A stretch of DNA of 64,000 nucleotides, taken from NCBI GenBank assembly GCA_963834385.1, contig CAWIBO010000002.1:256001-320000 (forward strand). The letters are read 5' to 3'. Source of the stretch: an uncultured Verrucomicrobiae bacterium. Lineage in GTDB: Bacteria; Verrucomicrobiota; Verrucomicrobiia; Chthoniobacterales; UBA10450. Shown one piece after another: positions 33,000-44,003 of this stretch (within the stretch, counting starts at the first letter, position 1; each line of letters begins with the position of its first letter). A model generated the notes under the pieces. The model did not search any database. It had not been told where the DNA came from and saw nothing but the letters and a program-made list of their open reading frames with translations. A program made the position numbers and the translations under genes.

Positions 33000-33672
33000 C
33001 CCGCCGGATCGGCAGGATCCGCTCGAGCAGCGACGGCGGTTTGGGCGCTGCCGCCACCGGACCGAATTCCTGCCAGTTTCGGACGGTGAAATGCCACCAT
33101 TCCGTGCGCAGTCCGAGGAAACCGGCCCGGGCCATGGCTGATTGGAGGAGGCGAAGGTTGTAGCGCACGAGGGCGTCGCCGCCCTTGTAATGCATGAAAG
33201 CGGCCGGGGTGAAATCGTCGAAATCGGTGGGCATATGCGCGTTGTTGCCCTCGGCATCGACCATGGTGGCATCGACCGCGACGCCCCAGCCGTGCAGCGA
33301 GCCGCGGCCCGCCGCGGGGTCAGCGACGAAAGATTCGTTGGGGGCGAGCTGCCAGAGGAGGGCCTGCACCTCGGGCGGCCGGTAGGCGTCCCAGATTTTC
33401 AGGCGATAACCGCGCTCTTTCAGGAACGTCTGCGCGAGGGCGAGACGTTGAGCCACGCTCACGCGGACAAAAGCCCTGGTGCCGGGCGGGTAAAGAGGGC
33501 GGCGGGCGAGGTTTTGCTTCGAGGCGTAGCGAAGATCGACTTCGATGGTGGGATCAACGTCGTGAAGATCGACCAACGGCTCATCAAAGGGGGCGACCTT
33601 GATCACTTCGGCGGCAGGAAGAGCGGCGGGTCCGGTGACGAGGAAAACGAAGAGGAGAAGGCGAAGGAACAT
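32917..33672 (-). CDS. D-Ala-D-Ala dipeptidase (VanX/DdpX, peptidase M15D) with signal peptide
   Basis: DLRYA, WDAYRP, SLHGWGVAVD, EWWHF. Confidence 0.9.
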   Translation of the reverse strand: MFLRLLLFVFLVTGPAALPAAEVIKVAPFDEPLVDLHDVDPTIEVDLRYASKQNLARRPLYPPGTRAFVRVSVAQRLALAQTFLKERGYRLKIWDAYRPPEVQALLWQLAPNESFVADPAAGRGSLHGWGVAVDATMVDAEGNNAHMPTDFDDFTPAAFMHYKGGDALVRYNLRLLQSAMARAGFLGLRTEWWHFTVRNWQEFGPVAAAPKPPSLLERILPIRRATPVYVPRTPVQPSPGRRATPPPRKAR

Positions 33673-33719
33673 GGTGGGCCAGGAGGAGGAAAGCCTGAAA
33701 ACCGGGTCTGACAAGGCGC

Positions 33720-35588
33720 TCAGCGCACGACCATCTTGCGCTGGGACCCGCGGGAAAGCCGCTCGAGGAGGAGACGCGCGGCGTTTTCCGGCATTTCGAA
33801 CCGGGCATCCACCGTGGTATCGCGGCGGGTGACTTCAGGCGGCTGAACAAAAAGCATCAGGCCCGATTCCTGGAACTGGAGCCAGCGCTGGGGCTCATCG
33901 CGCAACCGTCGGGCCAGCTCGGCGGCCGCTTCGGGGGTGCGCGCGCGGACGATCAGTCTTGCCTTTGCGCCCTTGTCGAGGGTGAGACTGAGCCCCATGA
34001 CCGTGGTGGACTCGAGCAGCTCGCGGCTGAAGATCGGCTGGAAGATGTTTGGGAGATTGGCCGGGTCGCGGGAGATCAGGCGGACCGTGCTCCCCTGGTC
34101 GAGCGCCTGGAATTCCGCGAAGAGCTGGCCGGTAATCTGAAGGTCGGGCCGGAGACCGAGCCGGACCCGGACCAGTTCCTCGACGTCGGCGGCCGGGCCG
34201 ACGGCAAAGGTGCGGGGACCGACCCGGGCGTAGGCAAAATCGGGCCGTTGCCAGACCGGCAGGCCGCTGATGGTGCGGCGCTGGAGGGCTTCGTCGGCGC
34301 GGATGCGCTGGAGGGCGGCGCGGACGTCGGAGCGCGATTCGACCAGGACAAACTCGCGGGGCTCGCCGGACTTCGAGCTGGTGACCGCGCGGGTGACGCG
34401 GAGGGAATCGCGCGGCACGTTGAGGGCGGGAGCCTGGGCGGCCTGGCCGAGGAGAGCCGCGGAGACGGTCTGCCAGGTCTCGCCTTCGTCCTTGCGCCAG
34501 CGTTTCAGGAGTTCGGAGCGTTCGAGTTGTTCGACGTTCAGGGAAAGAATCGCCTCGGTATCGCGCGGGAGCCATTCGCGGGGCGCGGGCGACTTGAGGA
34601 CGAGCGGCAGGACAATGGCGAGGAGGACGAGAACGGAGACGATGCTGAAATAAAATTTCCGGAGCTCCTGTTTGTCGATCTGCTCGGAGAGAAGCGCGAG
34701 TTCATCCTTGTGCTCGACGTGGAGGCTTACGTTTTCGCGGTGGCGCCGCACATCCTCGAGCAGGCCGGTGGCATTGGGCGGGGCCACGCCCTGGTTGGCG
34801 AGATGACGGCCGATATTGAGATAGGCCGGATTTTTCCGCTCCTCCACCGTGGCGTGGCGGGCGCGCGCCTCCTTGATGGCATCCTGTTGCTCGCGCGCGG
34901 TGTTATTGAGCACGCGATCGCGGGCCTCAAAATCCTCGCGCACCTTCGCCATCTTGCGCTCCACTTCATCGAGCCGGCCTTGCGCCTGGCCCAGTTTTTG
35001 CCGGGCGTGCCGGCAGGCGTCGGCACTGCCTTCGCGTGCGCGGGCCAGCTCGGCGCGCTCGGCCGGCAGCCGGGCCCGCTGGGCGCTGAGCGTGGTCGTC
35101 TGCCCCTCGAGGTCGGCCGGGGGCGGGACCTGCGCCTGCAAGTCCGCGATTTTCTTTTGCAGGTCGCGATCGACCCGGTCGTTGTCCTGGACCCGGCGTT
35201 CCACCCCGGCCAGCTCGCGGTCGCAAAGGGCGGCGGTTTCGCGGGCGGCATTTCGCTCGGCCAAAAGGGGCGCACGTTCTTCCTCCAGCCGGGCCAGGGC
35301 CTCCTTCTGCTCGGCCGCGTTCGTCTGGCGCTGGTGTTCGAGCCGCGAAAGGCCTTCCTCGATCTGGGCGATCTTGCTCGCGAACTCTTTTTGTTCCTGC
35401 TCGAGCTTGCGCAGGGACACGATCTCCTGGCGCAACTCCGGGAAGTTCGCCGCCTGCGAAGTGCCTTCGCGCCCGAGCGCGATCTCGCTCCGCTGCAGCA
35501 CACGCCGGGCATGCCGGAGCGACCAGCGCGTGCGCTCGCGCCGCACCTTGAGGCGCATCTCCCGCAGGCCTGTGACGATGAAACTCAT
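33720..35588 (-). CDS. Hypothetical membrane protein: long coiled coil, one TM, C-terminal globular domain
   Basis: About 300 aa of E/Q/R/L heptads, then FYFSIVSVLVLLAIVLPLVL. Confidence 0.75.
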   Translation of the reverse strand: MSFIVTGLREMRLKVRRERTRWSLRHARRVLQRSEIALGREGTSQAANFPELRQEIVSLRKLEQEQKEFASKIAQIEEGLSRLEHQRQTNAAEQKEALARLEEERAPLLAERNAARETAALCDRELAGVERRVQDNDRVDRDLQKKIADLQAQVPPPADLEGQTTTLSAQRARLPAERAELARAREGSADACRHARQKLGQAQGRLDEVERKMAKVREDFEARDRVLNNTAREQQDAIKEARARHATVEERKNPAYLNIGRHLANQGVAPPNATGLLEDVRRHRENVSLHVEHKDELALLSEQIDKQELRKFYFSIVSVLVLLAIVLPLVLKSPAPREWLPRDTEAILSLNVEQLERSELLKRWRKDEGETWQTVSAALLGQAAQAPALNVPRDSLRVTRAVTSSKSGEPREFVLVESRSDVRAALQRIRADEALQRRTISGLPVWQRPDFAYARVGPRTFAVGPAADVEELVRVRLGLRPDLQITGQLFAEFQALDQGSTVRLISRDPANLPNIFQPIFSRELLESTTVMGLSLTLDKGAKARLIVRARTPEAAAELARRLRDEPQRWLQFQESGLMLFVQPPEVTRRDTTVDARFEMPENAARLLLERLSRGSQRKMVVR

Positions 35589-35628
35589 CGCGAAACGCTA
35601 CGCCAGTTGCCCGGCGCTCCAATGACTA

Positions 35629-37575
<1,947 letters not shown>

Positions 37576-37628
37576 AAGGATTGAGGCTTTGCGGTTGTGC
37601 TGGGCGGCGCATCACGGAAGAGTCAGCC

Positions 37629-37835
37629 ATGAGCGATCACGTTTACAAGCAAATCGAGCTGGTGGGTTCTTCCAAGGCCGGGGTGGAAGACGCGGTGCAG
37701 AACGCCCTGGCCCGGGCGAGCAAGACGGTGCGGAACATGCGCTGGTTCGAGGTCACGGAAACGCGGGGCCACATCGTCGACGGCAAGGTGGACCACTGGC
37801 AGGTTTCGCTGAAGATCGGCTTTACCCTGGAGTAG
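37629..37835 (+). CDS. Dodecin (flavin-binding)
   Basis: [15 protein letters not shown]...WFEV...[11 protein letters not shown]. Confidence 0.93.
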   Translation: MSDHVYKQIELVGSSKAGVEDAVQNALARASKTVRNMRWFEVTETRGHIVDGKVDHWQVSLKIGFTLE

Positions 37836-37858
37836 GAACGCCGCGGCCGGCCGGACCG

Positions 37859-38146
37859 CTACTTATCCTCTTGGGACGCCTGGTAGATTTTGGTCGCGCC
37901 GTAGATCAGGATGGCGGGCTTGAAAGCCACCAGGAGCAGACGAACGAGACCACCGAAGATGCGGAAGACCGGGAGCTTGTTCAGGATGAAGCCCGCGGCC
38001 ACGGCATAGAGCAGGGATTGGGCGGGCTTTTCCCGCACGTAATCTTCCGTCTGGTGCATGATTTCCTGGAACTGGTCGCGCGTGTAACGGAGACCGCGCT
38101 GGGCGTAGTCCTCCGGGGTTTGGGTCAAATCATCTTGCATGTTCAT
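37859..38146 (-). CDS. Small tail-anchored membrane protein (ElaB/YqjD-like)
   Basis: TEDYVREKPAQSLLYAVAAGFIL motif; AAGGAG Shine-Dalgarno upstream. Confidence 0.7.
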   Translation of the reverse strand: MNMQDDLTQTPEDYAQRGLRYTRDQFQEIMHQTEDYVREKPAQSLLYAVAAGFILNKLPVFRIFGGLVRLLLVAFKPAILIYGATKIYQASQEDK

Positions 38147-38186
38147 CTCTCCTTCGCATCTAGACGTAACCTCGCGCGTCCAAAAT

Positions 38187-39149
38187 TCAACGCAAACTAA
38201 GCCAGACCGTGCTGGCGCCGGTGCGAAACGGGAAATCGGGGAGTGGGTTGGTGCGATGCAGACTGCCGGCCCGGCGGCTGGCCTTGAGGCAGTATTTGGC
38301 CATCACCTCCAGGGCTCGGTGGTTCAAGGTGGAACAGTTGGTCGAAAGCAGGATGTGGCAGTCGCGCTCGGCCAGCTCAAGGGCATCCAGAAGCAGTTTC
38401 TCGTAGTCCCGTTCCACCTGGAAACCCTGCCCCTTCTTCGAGCGCGAAAAAGTCGGGGGATCAAGGATGATGACGTCGAACTTCTCCCCTTTTCGCGCCA
38501 TCCGCGGCAGGACCTGCATGACGTCATCGGCGATGAAGCGATGGTCGCCCGTGGGCAGGCCGTTCAACCCAAAATTCTCGCGACCGCGCGTAAGCGATTT
38601 GCGGGAGAGATCGATATTGACCGTCTGCGCGTTGACCGAGGCGGCCGCGACGGAAAAAGAGCAGGTGTAGGAGAAACAGTTGAGCAGGCGGGCGGGGGCC
38701 GCCTGGCGGACAAAGGTGCGATTCTCCCGCTGGTCGAGGAACAGGCCCACGGAATAGCCGGCGGCAAAGTCGATCCCGTAGCGCAGGCAGCGCTCGGTCA
38801 CGACCGACTGGAGATTGGTGCGGTCGTCGCCCACGACCAGCTCGGGGGTGGCGCGTTCCTCGTTTTGCCTCGGCAGGTGCCGCGCGAAAATACGGGTCAT
38901 CTTGACGTGAGCAGCCAGGACCCAGAGGAAAAGCTCGGTCATGATCCGTTCCCGCGCCGCCGGCGTCTTGTGCGAGATGAGGACATCGGCGCCGTAGCGT
39001 TCCACCCAGCCATCTTCCGCGGTGTAAACGCGGTGGGCGTCGGTCTGTTCCTGCTCAAAAAGGCGGACGACTTCTGGCTCGATCCAACTGGCTTTCATTT
39101 CGGGGGCTGGAAACCCGGGGGCGGTTCGCGCAGAGTCTGGGGCCAGCAC
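38187..39149 (-). CDS. RlmI/RlmK-like class I SAM methyltransferase (no obvious PUA domain)
   Basis: GLFLDQRENR, LNCFSYTCSFS, FDVIILDPPTFS. Start uncertain. Confidence 0.85.
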   Translation of the reverse strand: MLAPDSARTAPGFPAPEMKASWIEPEVVRLFEQEQTDAHRVYTAEDGWVERYGADVLISHKTPAARERIMTELFLWVLAAHVKMTRIFARHLPRQNEERATPELVVGDDRTNLQSVVTERCLRYGIDFAAGYSVGLFLDQRENRTFVRQAAPARLLNCFSYTCSFSVAAASVNAQTVNIDLSRKSLTRGRENFGLNGLPTGDHRFIADDVMQVLPRMARKGEKFDVIILDPPTFSRSKKGQGFQVERDYEKLLLDALELAERDCHILLSTNCSTLNHRALEVMAKYCLKASRRAGSLHRTNPLPDFPFRTGASTVWLSLR

Positions 39150-39157
39150 GCAGAGTT

Positions 39158-40015
39158 ATGCAAGAAGTCACTGTTCAAGTGCCCGCGAGCACGTCAAATC
39201 TCGGTCCCGGCTTTGATTGCCTTGGGCTCGCGCTCGCCCTGCACGCCACGGTGACGGTCAGCCGGGCGGAGAAACGGGTGACGGGAGGTGTGCCGCCGAT
39301 GGCGCGCGCGGCGGCGCGCGGTTTTTTCCGGCGAAGCGGAGTGAAGCCCTTTCCCTTCCGCCTTTCCGTCTCGGGCGGGATCCCGGTTTCCCGTGGCCTG
39401 GGCAGCAGCGCGGCCCTGCGTGCCGGGACGGTGCTGGGGCTCAACGCGCTGGCGGGCGCGCCGCTCGACCTGGAATCGGTCCACGGGCTGGTGACGCGGC
39501 TTGAAGGGCATCCGGACAACGCCGCTCCCGCCCTCTTCGGCGGCGGCCATGTCGTCTGCGAAAAAACAAGGATTCGTCTCCCGGTGGGGTCGAAGCTGCG
39601 CGTGGTGCTGCTGGTGCCTGATTTGGAAATTTCGACCGCGCGGGCGCGCGCGCTCTTGCCGCCGCGGATTGATCGGCGGGCGGCCGTGGCCTCGGCGGGA
39701 AACCTGGCCATTATCGTGGCGGCGCTGGCGCTGGGCGAGTATGCCCTGATGCGCGGTCATTTCGACGACGGCTTGCACCAGCCCTTCCGGCTGCCGCTGG
39801 TTCCGTTCCTGCCGCGGGTGCTGCGCGCGGGCGAACGGGCCGGGGCGCTGGGCGGGTTCCTGAGCGGGTCGGGTTCAGCCATCGCCTGTTTGACCCTGGA
39901 GAACGCGGAGATGATCGGCCGGGCCATGCGGCACGCTTTGCCCGCGGGGATGAAGGCCGAGGTCATGGTGACGGCGCCGGAAAACCGCGGCGCCCGGATT
40001 GTGAGAAAGCGATGA
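39158..40015 (+). CDS. thrB: Homoserine kinase
   Basis: PASTSNLGPGFDCLGLAL, SRGLGSS, EGHPDN, SGSGS. Confidence 0.95.
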   Translation: MQEVTVQVPASTSNLGPGFDCLGLALALHATVTVSRAEKRVTGGVPPMARAAARGFFRRSGVKPFPFRLSVSGGIPVSRGLGSSAALRAGTVLGLNALAGAPLDLESVHGLVTRLEGHPDNAAPALFGGGHVVCEKTRIRLPVGSKLRVVLLVPDLEISTARARALLPPRIDRRAAVASAGNLAIIVAALALGEYALMRGHFDDGLHQPFRLPLVPFLPRVLRAGERAGALGGFLSGSGSAIACLTLENAEMIGRAMRHALPAGMKAEVMVTAPENRGARIVRKR

Positions 40016-41202
40016 GCCGCCGCGCCGAAAACCTGGAGCAGTTTGCGATCGACGTGATCCTGGAGCGGCGGCACGGTCCGCGCGCCTCGCTCCTGCGCGG
40101 CCTGCTCTATCTGCTCTCCTTTGTCTACGAGCGGCTGGTGCAGTTGCGCCTCTTTCTATATCGGAAACGCATCCTGCGCGAACGGGCCCTGGGCTGTCTG
40201 GTCGTGAGCATTGGCAACCTGACCGTCGGGGGCACCGGGAAAACGCCGGTGGTGGAAAAATTTGCCCGGGCGCTGCAGGCAGGCGGACGGCGGGTGGCCA
40301 TTCTCAGCCGCGGTTACAAGAGCGTGCCGCAGCCGCGTCCGCGCCGATGGACGCGGTTCTGGCGGCGGCGCGAGCCCGACCCGCCGCGCATTGTTTCCGA
40401 CGGCAAATCCCTCCTGCTCGACTCCCTCACGGCGGGGGACGAGCCCTACATGCTCGCGCACAACCTCAAGGATGTCGTTGTCCTGGTGGACAAGGACCGG
40501 GTGAAGAGCGGCCTTTATGCCATCGGCAAAATGGGCGTCGATACCCTTCTCCTGGATGACGGCCTGCAATATCTGCACCTGAAACACCGGGTCGACATCG
40601 TCCTGGTGGACCGGCAGGCGCCGTTCGGAAACGAATATTTGCTGCCGCGGGGCACCCTGCGCGAACCGCCGCGCAACCTGCGGCGCGCCAGTTACATCTT
40701 CATCACCAAAAGCACCGGGGAATCAAACGAGGAACTGATTGGCCGGATTCGCCGCCATAATCGCACCGCCGAGATCATTGAATGCGCGCACAAGCCGCTC
40801 CATCTGGAGAACGTCGTCACCGGCGAACGCCTTCCGCTGGACCGGCTCCAGGGGGCTTTTGTCGGCTCGATTTGCGGGATTGCTGCGCCGGAAAGCTTCG
40901 AGGGCGGGCTGCGCCGGCTGGGAGCGGAAATCGTCATCGCGAAACGTTACACCGACCATCACCGTTACAGTGAGACCGAGCTGCAGAACTTCATCAACCG
41001 TTGCATCAAGCGCGACCTCGGGATGATCGTGACGACGGAGAAGGACGCGGTTCGTTTCCCGCGATTGCTCGAGACAGAGGTCCCGATTTTCTTCCTGCGG
41101 GTGGAGATCGAAATCCTGAGCGGGCACGAGACCTGGGAGCAATGCGTGGCCCGGATCTGCCGTCCGCAGCCGATGCTTTCACCGGAGCGTTTCTTTTCGT
41201 GA
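40012..41202 (+). CDS. lpxK: Tetraacyldisaccharide 4'-kinase
   Basis: [30 protein letters not shown]. Confidence 0.96.
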   Translation: MSRRAENLEQFAIDVILERRHGPRASLLRGLLYLLSFVYERLVQLRLFLYRKRILRERALGCLVVSIGNLTVGGTGKTPVVEKFARALQAGGRRVAILSRGYKSVPQPRPRRWTRFWRRREPDPPRIVSDGKSLLLDSLTAGDEPYMLAHNLKDVVVLVDKDRVKSGLYAIGKMGVDTLLLDDGLQYLHLKHRVDIVLVDRQAPFGNEYLLPRGTLREPPRNLRRASYIFITKSTGESNEELIGRIRRHNRTAEIIECAHKPLHLENVVTGERLPLDRLQGAFVGSICGIAAPESFEGGLRRLGAEIVIAKRYTDHHRYSETELQNFINRCIKRDLGMIVTTEKDAVRFPRLLETEVPIFFLRVEIEILSGHETWEQCVARICRPQPMLSPERFFS

Positions 41203-41260
41203 GAACCACCGGCTGGCCGTGCCGCCGGCGGCGATTACAAAGGGGAACGCCTTTCACGCG

Positions 41261-42190
41261 ATGACGCAAAAAGCACAGCTCAAGGTCGAGGGGAAAACCC
41301 TCGCCGTTTCGAATCTCGGGAAGGTTCTTTACCCGAAAGCCGGGTTCACCAAGGGGGAGGTGATCGACTATTACATCCGGATCGCGCCGGTGCTGCTGCC
41401 GCATTTGAAGGATCGGCCGCTGACGATGAAGCGCTACCCGAACGGGGTGGAAGGCGAATTTTTCTACGAGAAGAATTGTCCGAGCCACCGGCCGGCCTGG
41501 GTGAAAACGGCGCGGGTCTGGAGCGAAGGCAACCAGCGAGACATGCATTACTGCCTGGCGCAGGATCTGCCCACGCTGGTCTGGGCGGCCAACCTGGCTG
41601 ACCTGGAACTGCACACGTCGCTGGCCCGGAAGAAGGATGTTGCCCGGCCGACGATGATGGTGTTCGACCTGGACCCGGGAGCGCCGGCCGACATCGTCCA
41701 ATGCTGCCAGGTGGGGCTCTGGCTGCGGGAGATTCTGCAGGAGATGAAGCTGAAGAGTTTTCCGAAGACCTCGGGTTCGAAAGGTCTGCAGGTCTATGTG
41801 CCGTTGAATACGCCGGCCACGTTTGACCAGACCAAGGCGCTTTCGCGCGCGCTGGCGGAGTACCTGGAGCAGGAACATCCGAAGCTGGTCGTTTCCCGCA
41901 TGCAGAAGTCGCTCCGGAAAGGAAAGGTGCTGGTGGACTGGAGCCAGAACGACGAGCACAAGACGACGGTGAACGTCTATTCGCTGCGGGCAAAGGAACG
42001 CCCGACCGTCTCGACGCCAGTGACATGGAAGGAAGTGGAGACGGCCTTGAAGAAAAAGAAGGCGGAACTGCTCGTCTTCGACGCCGGCGAAGTGCTCGAG
42101 CGGGTGGAAAAGATGGGCGACCTGTTCGAGCCGGTGAACAAGTTGAAACAAAAGCTCCCGAAAAAGTGGGACCTCGGCTCCGACCGGTAG
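41261..42190 (+). CDS. ligD: Stand-alone LigD polymerase (AEP/PrimPol) domain
   Basis: SNLGKVLYP, RYPNGV, FDLDPG, KTSGSKGLQ, YSLRA; no ligase domain. Confidence 0.9.
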   Translation: MTQKAQLKVEGKTLAVSNLGKVLYPKAGFTKGEVIDYYIRIAPVLLPHLKDRPLTMKRYPNGVEGEFFYEKNCPSHRPAWVKTARVWSEGNQRDMHYCLAQDLPTLVWAANLADLELHTSLARKKDVARPTMMVFDLDPGAPADIVQCCQVGLWLREILQEMKLKSFPKTSGSKGLQVYVPLNTPATFDQTKALSRALAEYLEQEHPKLVVSRMQKSLRKGKVLVDWSQNDEHKTTVNVYSLRAKERPTVSTPVTWKEVETALKKKKAELLVFDAGEVLERVEKMGDLFEPVNKLKQKLPKKWDLGSDR

Positions 42191-42362
42191 GGCGAGACTC
42201 TGTCGAGCTTGGGGAGAGCGGGGCCCTCGAAGAGGAGATACGGATACAGGATTAACAGGATTTGCAGGATTAACAGGAGCAGGCGTTCGGTTTGGTTTAC
42301 GAACCACGTGTGCAGCGCAGGCGGTGCGTGCTCCCAGGCTCCGCGGAGCGTCGCCCTACCGG
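42184..42362. repeat. GTAG-type REP inverted pair (REPIN-like) enclosing a 9-bp tandem repeat
   Basis: Perfect 12-bp inverted repeat CCGGTAGGGCGA / TCGCCCTACCGG. Internal ACAGGATTA-like unit, about 3.7 copies, at 42246-42278. Confidence 0.8.
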
Positions 42363-42421
42363 AGAAGCCGGACCGGCATATCGACGTTGCCAAAATTTCC
42401 CCTGCTGCGTATAAGACCGGC

Positions 42422-42625
42422 ATGGCAGGGCAAGGTTCCACCGGCAATGTGATCGCGGCGGTTTGCAGCTTTTTTATCCCAGGGCTGGGTCAGTTGGTTC
42501 AGGGCCGCCTGCTCATGGCCATCATTCATTTCGTTCTGGCCGGCGTGCTCTGGATCATTCTGCTCGGGTGGATCATTCATCTCTGGTCGATCCTTGATGC
42601 CGCCCTCTACCGGCCGCGCGTTTAG
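42422..42625 (+). CDS. Small membrane protein (SFFIPGLGQ motif)
   Basis: MAGQGSTGNVIAAVCSFFIPGLGQLVQGR..., hydrophobic; TTGCCA-N17-TATAAG-N6-ATG upstream. Confidence 0.8.
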   Translation: MAGQGSTGNVIAAVCSFFIPGLGQLVQGRLLMAIIHFVLAGVLWIILLGWIIHLWSILDAALYRPRV

Positions 42626-42637
42626 GCGCTTCTGTTT

Positions 42638-43348
42638 ATGAATTTTTCGCGTGGATTCCTGCGGTTCGCCGCTGTCTGCGCGTTGCTCACGGCCGGCACC
42701 ACCGTGGCAGTGCACTGGCTTCCCGCCTTTTGGGCGGGGGCAACCACTTTCGAGGCACAGCTGGCCCTCCGGGAGAACCCGGTCTATCTCGCGCGCCTCT
42801 GGCTGGTGCTGCTGCACTGCGTCCTGGTGGTGATCTCGATGTATGCCGTCGGTTTTCGCCGCCTGCGGGAGGCGCCCGCCCTGGTTGGGCTGGGTTTCCT
42901 GGCCTACGTCGTTTTCGCCTTTTGCGAAATCGTGCGGACGACCTTTGCCATCTTTGCGGTGAACCGGATGTGGCGCACCCAGTTTGCCGGCGCGGCCGAC
43001 GAGCAAACGCGCGAAACGGCCCGGCTTCTCCTGGCCGCCGTTCCCGGGGTCAGCCAGACGCTTTTCTTTATCTTTTTCACCGCGTTCGTGATCGGGACGT
43101 TTTGTTACGGGTTTGTGCTGCTGCGGGGAAGCGGTTTCGAGCGGACGCTCGGGTTCTTCTTCCTTGCCTGGGGCGTTTTCAGTCTGCCCGTTCTCGTGGA
43201 CGAGATTTCCGGTGCGACCTCGTTTGGCGGCGCTTTTGAATGGGTGGGACAATATTTCCAGCCGCTCCTGCGCGGAGCGATCGGCGTCTGGCTCTGGACG
43301 GTGGCGGCTCGTCCCGATAGACTCGGCTCGCATGCGTCCGCGCCCTGA
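42638..43348 (+). CDS. Multi-pass membrane protein of unknown function
   Basis: About six hydrophobic segments. Confidence 0.75.
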   Translation: MNFSRGFLRFAAVCALLTAGTTVAVHWLPAFWAGATTFEAQLALRENPVYLARLWLVLLHCVLVVISMYAVGFRRLREAPALVGLGFLAYVVFAFCEIVRTTFAIFAVNRMWRTQFAGAADEQTRETARLLLAAVPGVSQTLFFIFFTAFVIGTFCYGFVLLRGSGFERTLGFFFLAWGVFSLPVLVDEISGATSFGGAFEWVGQYFQPLLRGAIGVWLWTVAARPDRLGSHASAP

Positions 43349-44003
43349 AAGACTCTTTTTTCTGCTGGCGGTGCTGACTCTCTGCATTGCGGCACTGCCT
43401 CTGCGCGGGGAGGGACCGATGGTGGAGTTGCCGCGGGAGGAATCGATCGAGGAGACGGACTTCGCGGTGGAACCGGATCTCCTGCTCGACGAGATGGCGG
43501 CGGAGCCGCTGGATCTGCCCGTGACCGTGACCATGCCGGAGGCACAGGACACGGAAAAACTGGAGGTGCAGGTGCAGAACGCCCGGCGTCGTGCCGCAGC
43601 CGGGGAACGGCTGTTGAAGGCGGGTGTTCTGGCCAAGGTGGAAGTGGAGGCGCGCGCCTTGAAACTGCTCAAGCTGGAGGCGGAGCTGGAGCTGGCCCGG
43701 CTCGCCCGGCTGCGCGACGACGTGGCGGCCCAGAAAGCGCGGCTTGCGCGGGGCGAGGTGGCCCCGATGGCGGTGGAAAGCGCGGAGCTGGCGCTGGCCC
43801 AGGCCGAAACCAACGCGCAGGACGCCGCGGAAAAACGGCGCGCGGCCGAGCTCGAGATTGCACAGATGAATGTGCGCCGGCAGAAAAAGCTGATCGCGGC
43901 CGGGATCGGACGGAAGATTGACCTGAAACGAGCCGAGGAAAAACTGGCCGCGCTCAGGCAGCAGGAAGAGGTTCCGGGGAACCCGGAACGGGCGCGTCAG
44001 TAG
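43332..44003 (+). CDS. Exported alpha-helical hypothetical protein with three helical-hairpin-tip-like motifs
   Basis: Signal peptide LFFLLAVLTLCIAALP, acidic linker, then LLKAGVLAKVEV / LARGEVAPMAV / LIAAGIGRKIDL. Confidence 0.7.
   Translation: MRPRPERLFFLLAVLTLCIAALPLRGEGPMVELPREESIEETDFAVEPDLLLDEMAAEPLDLPVTVTMPEAQDTEKLEVQVQNARRRAAAGERLLKAGVLAKVEVEARALKLLKLEAELELARLARLRDDVAAQKARLARGEVAPMAVESAELALAQAETNAQDAAEKRRAAELEIAQMNVRRQKKLIAAGIGRKIDLKRAEEKLAALRQQEEVPGNPERARQ

Noticed and set aside
32917..33672. Vancomycin-resistance locus
   Set aside because: A lone VanX-family peptidase with a signal peptide; no vanH/vanA/vanRS genes.
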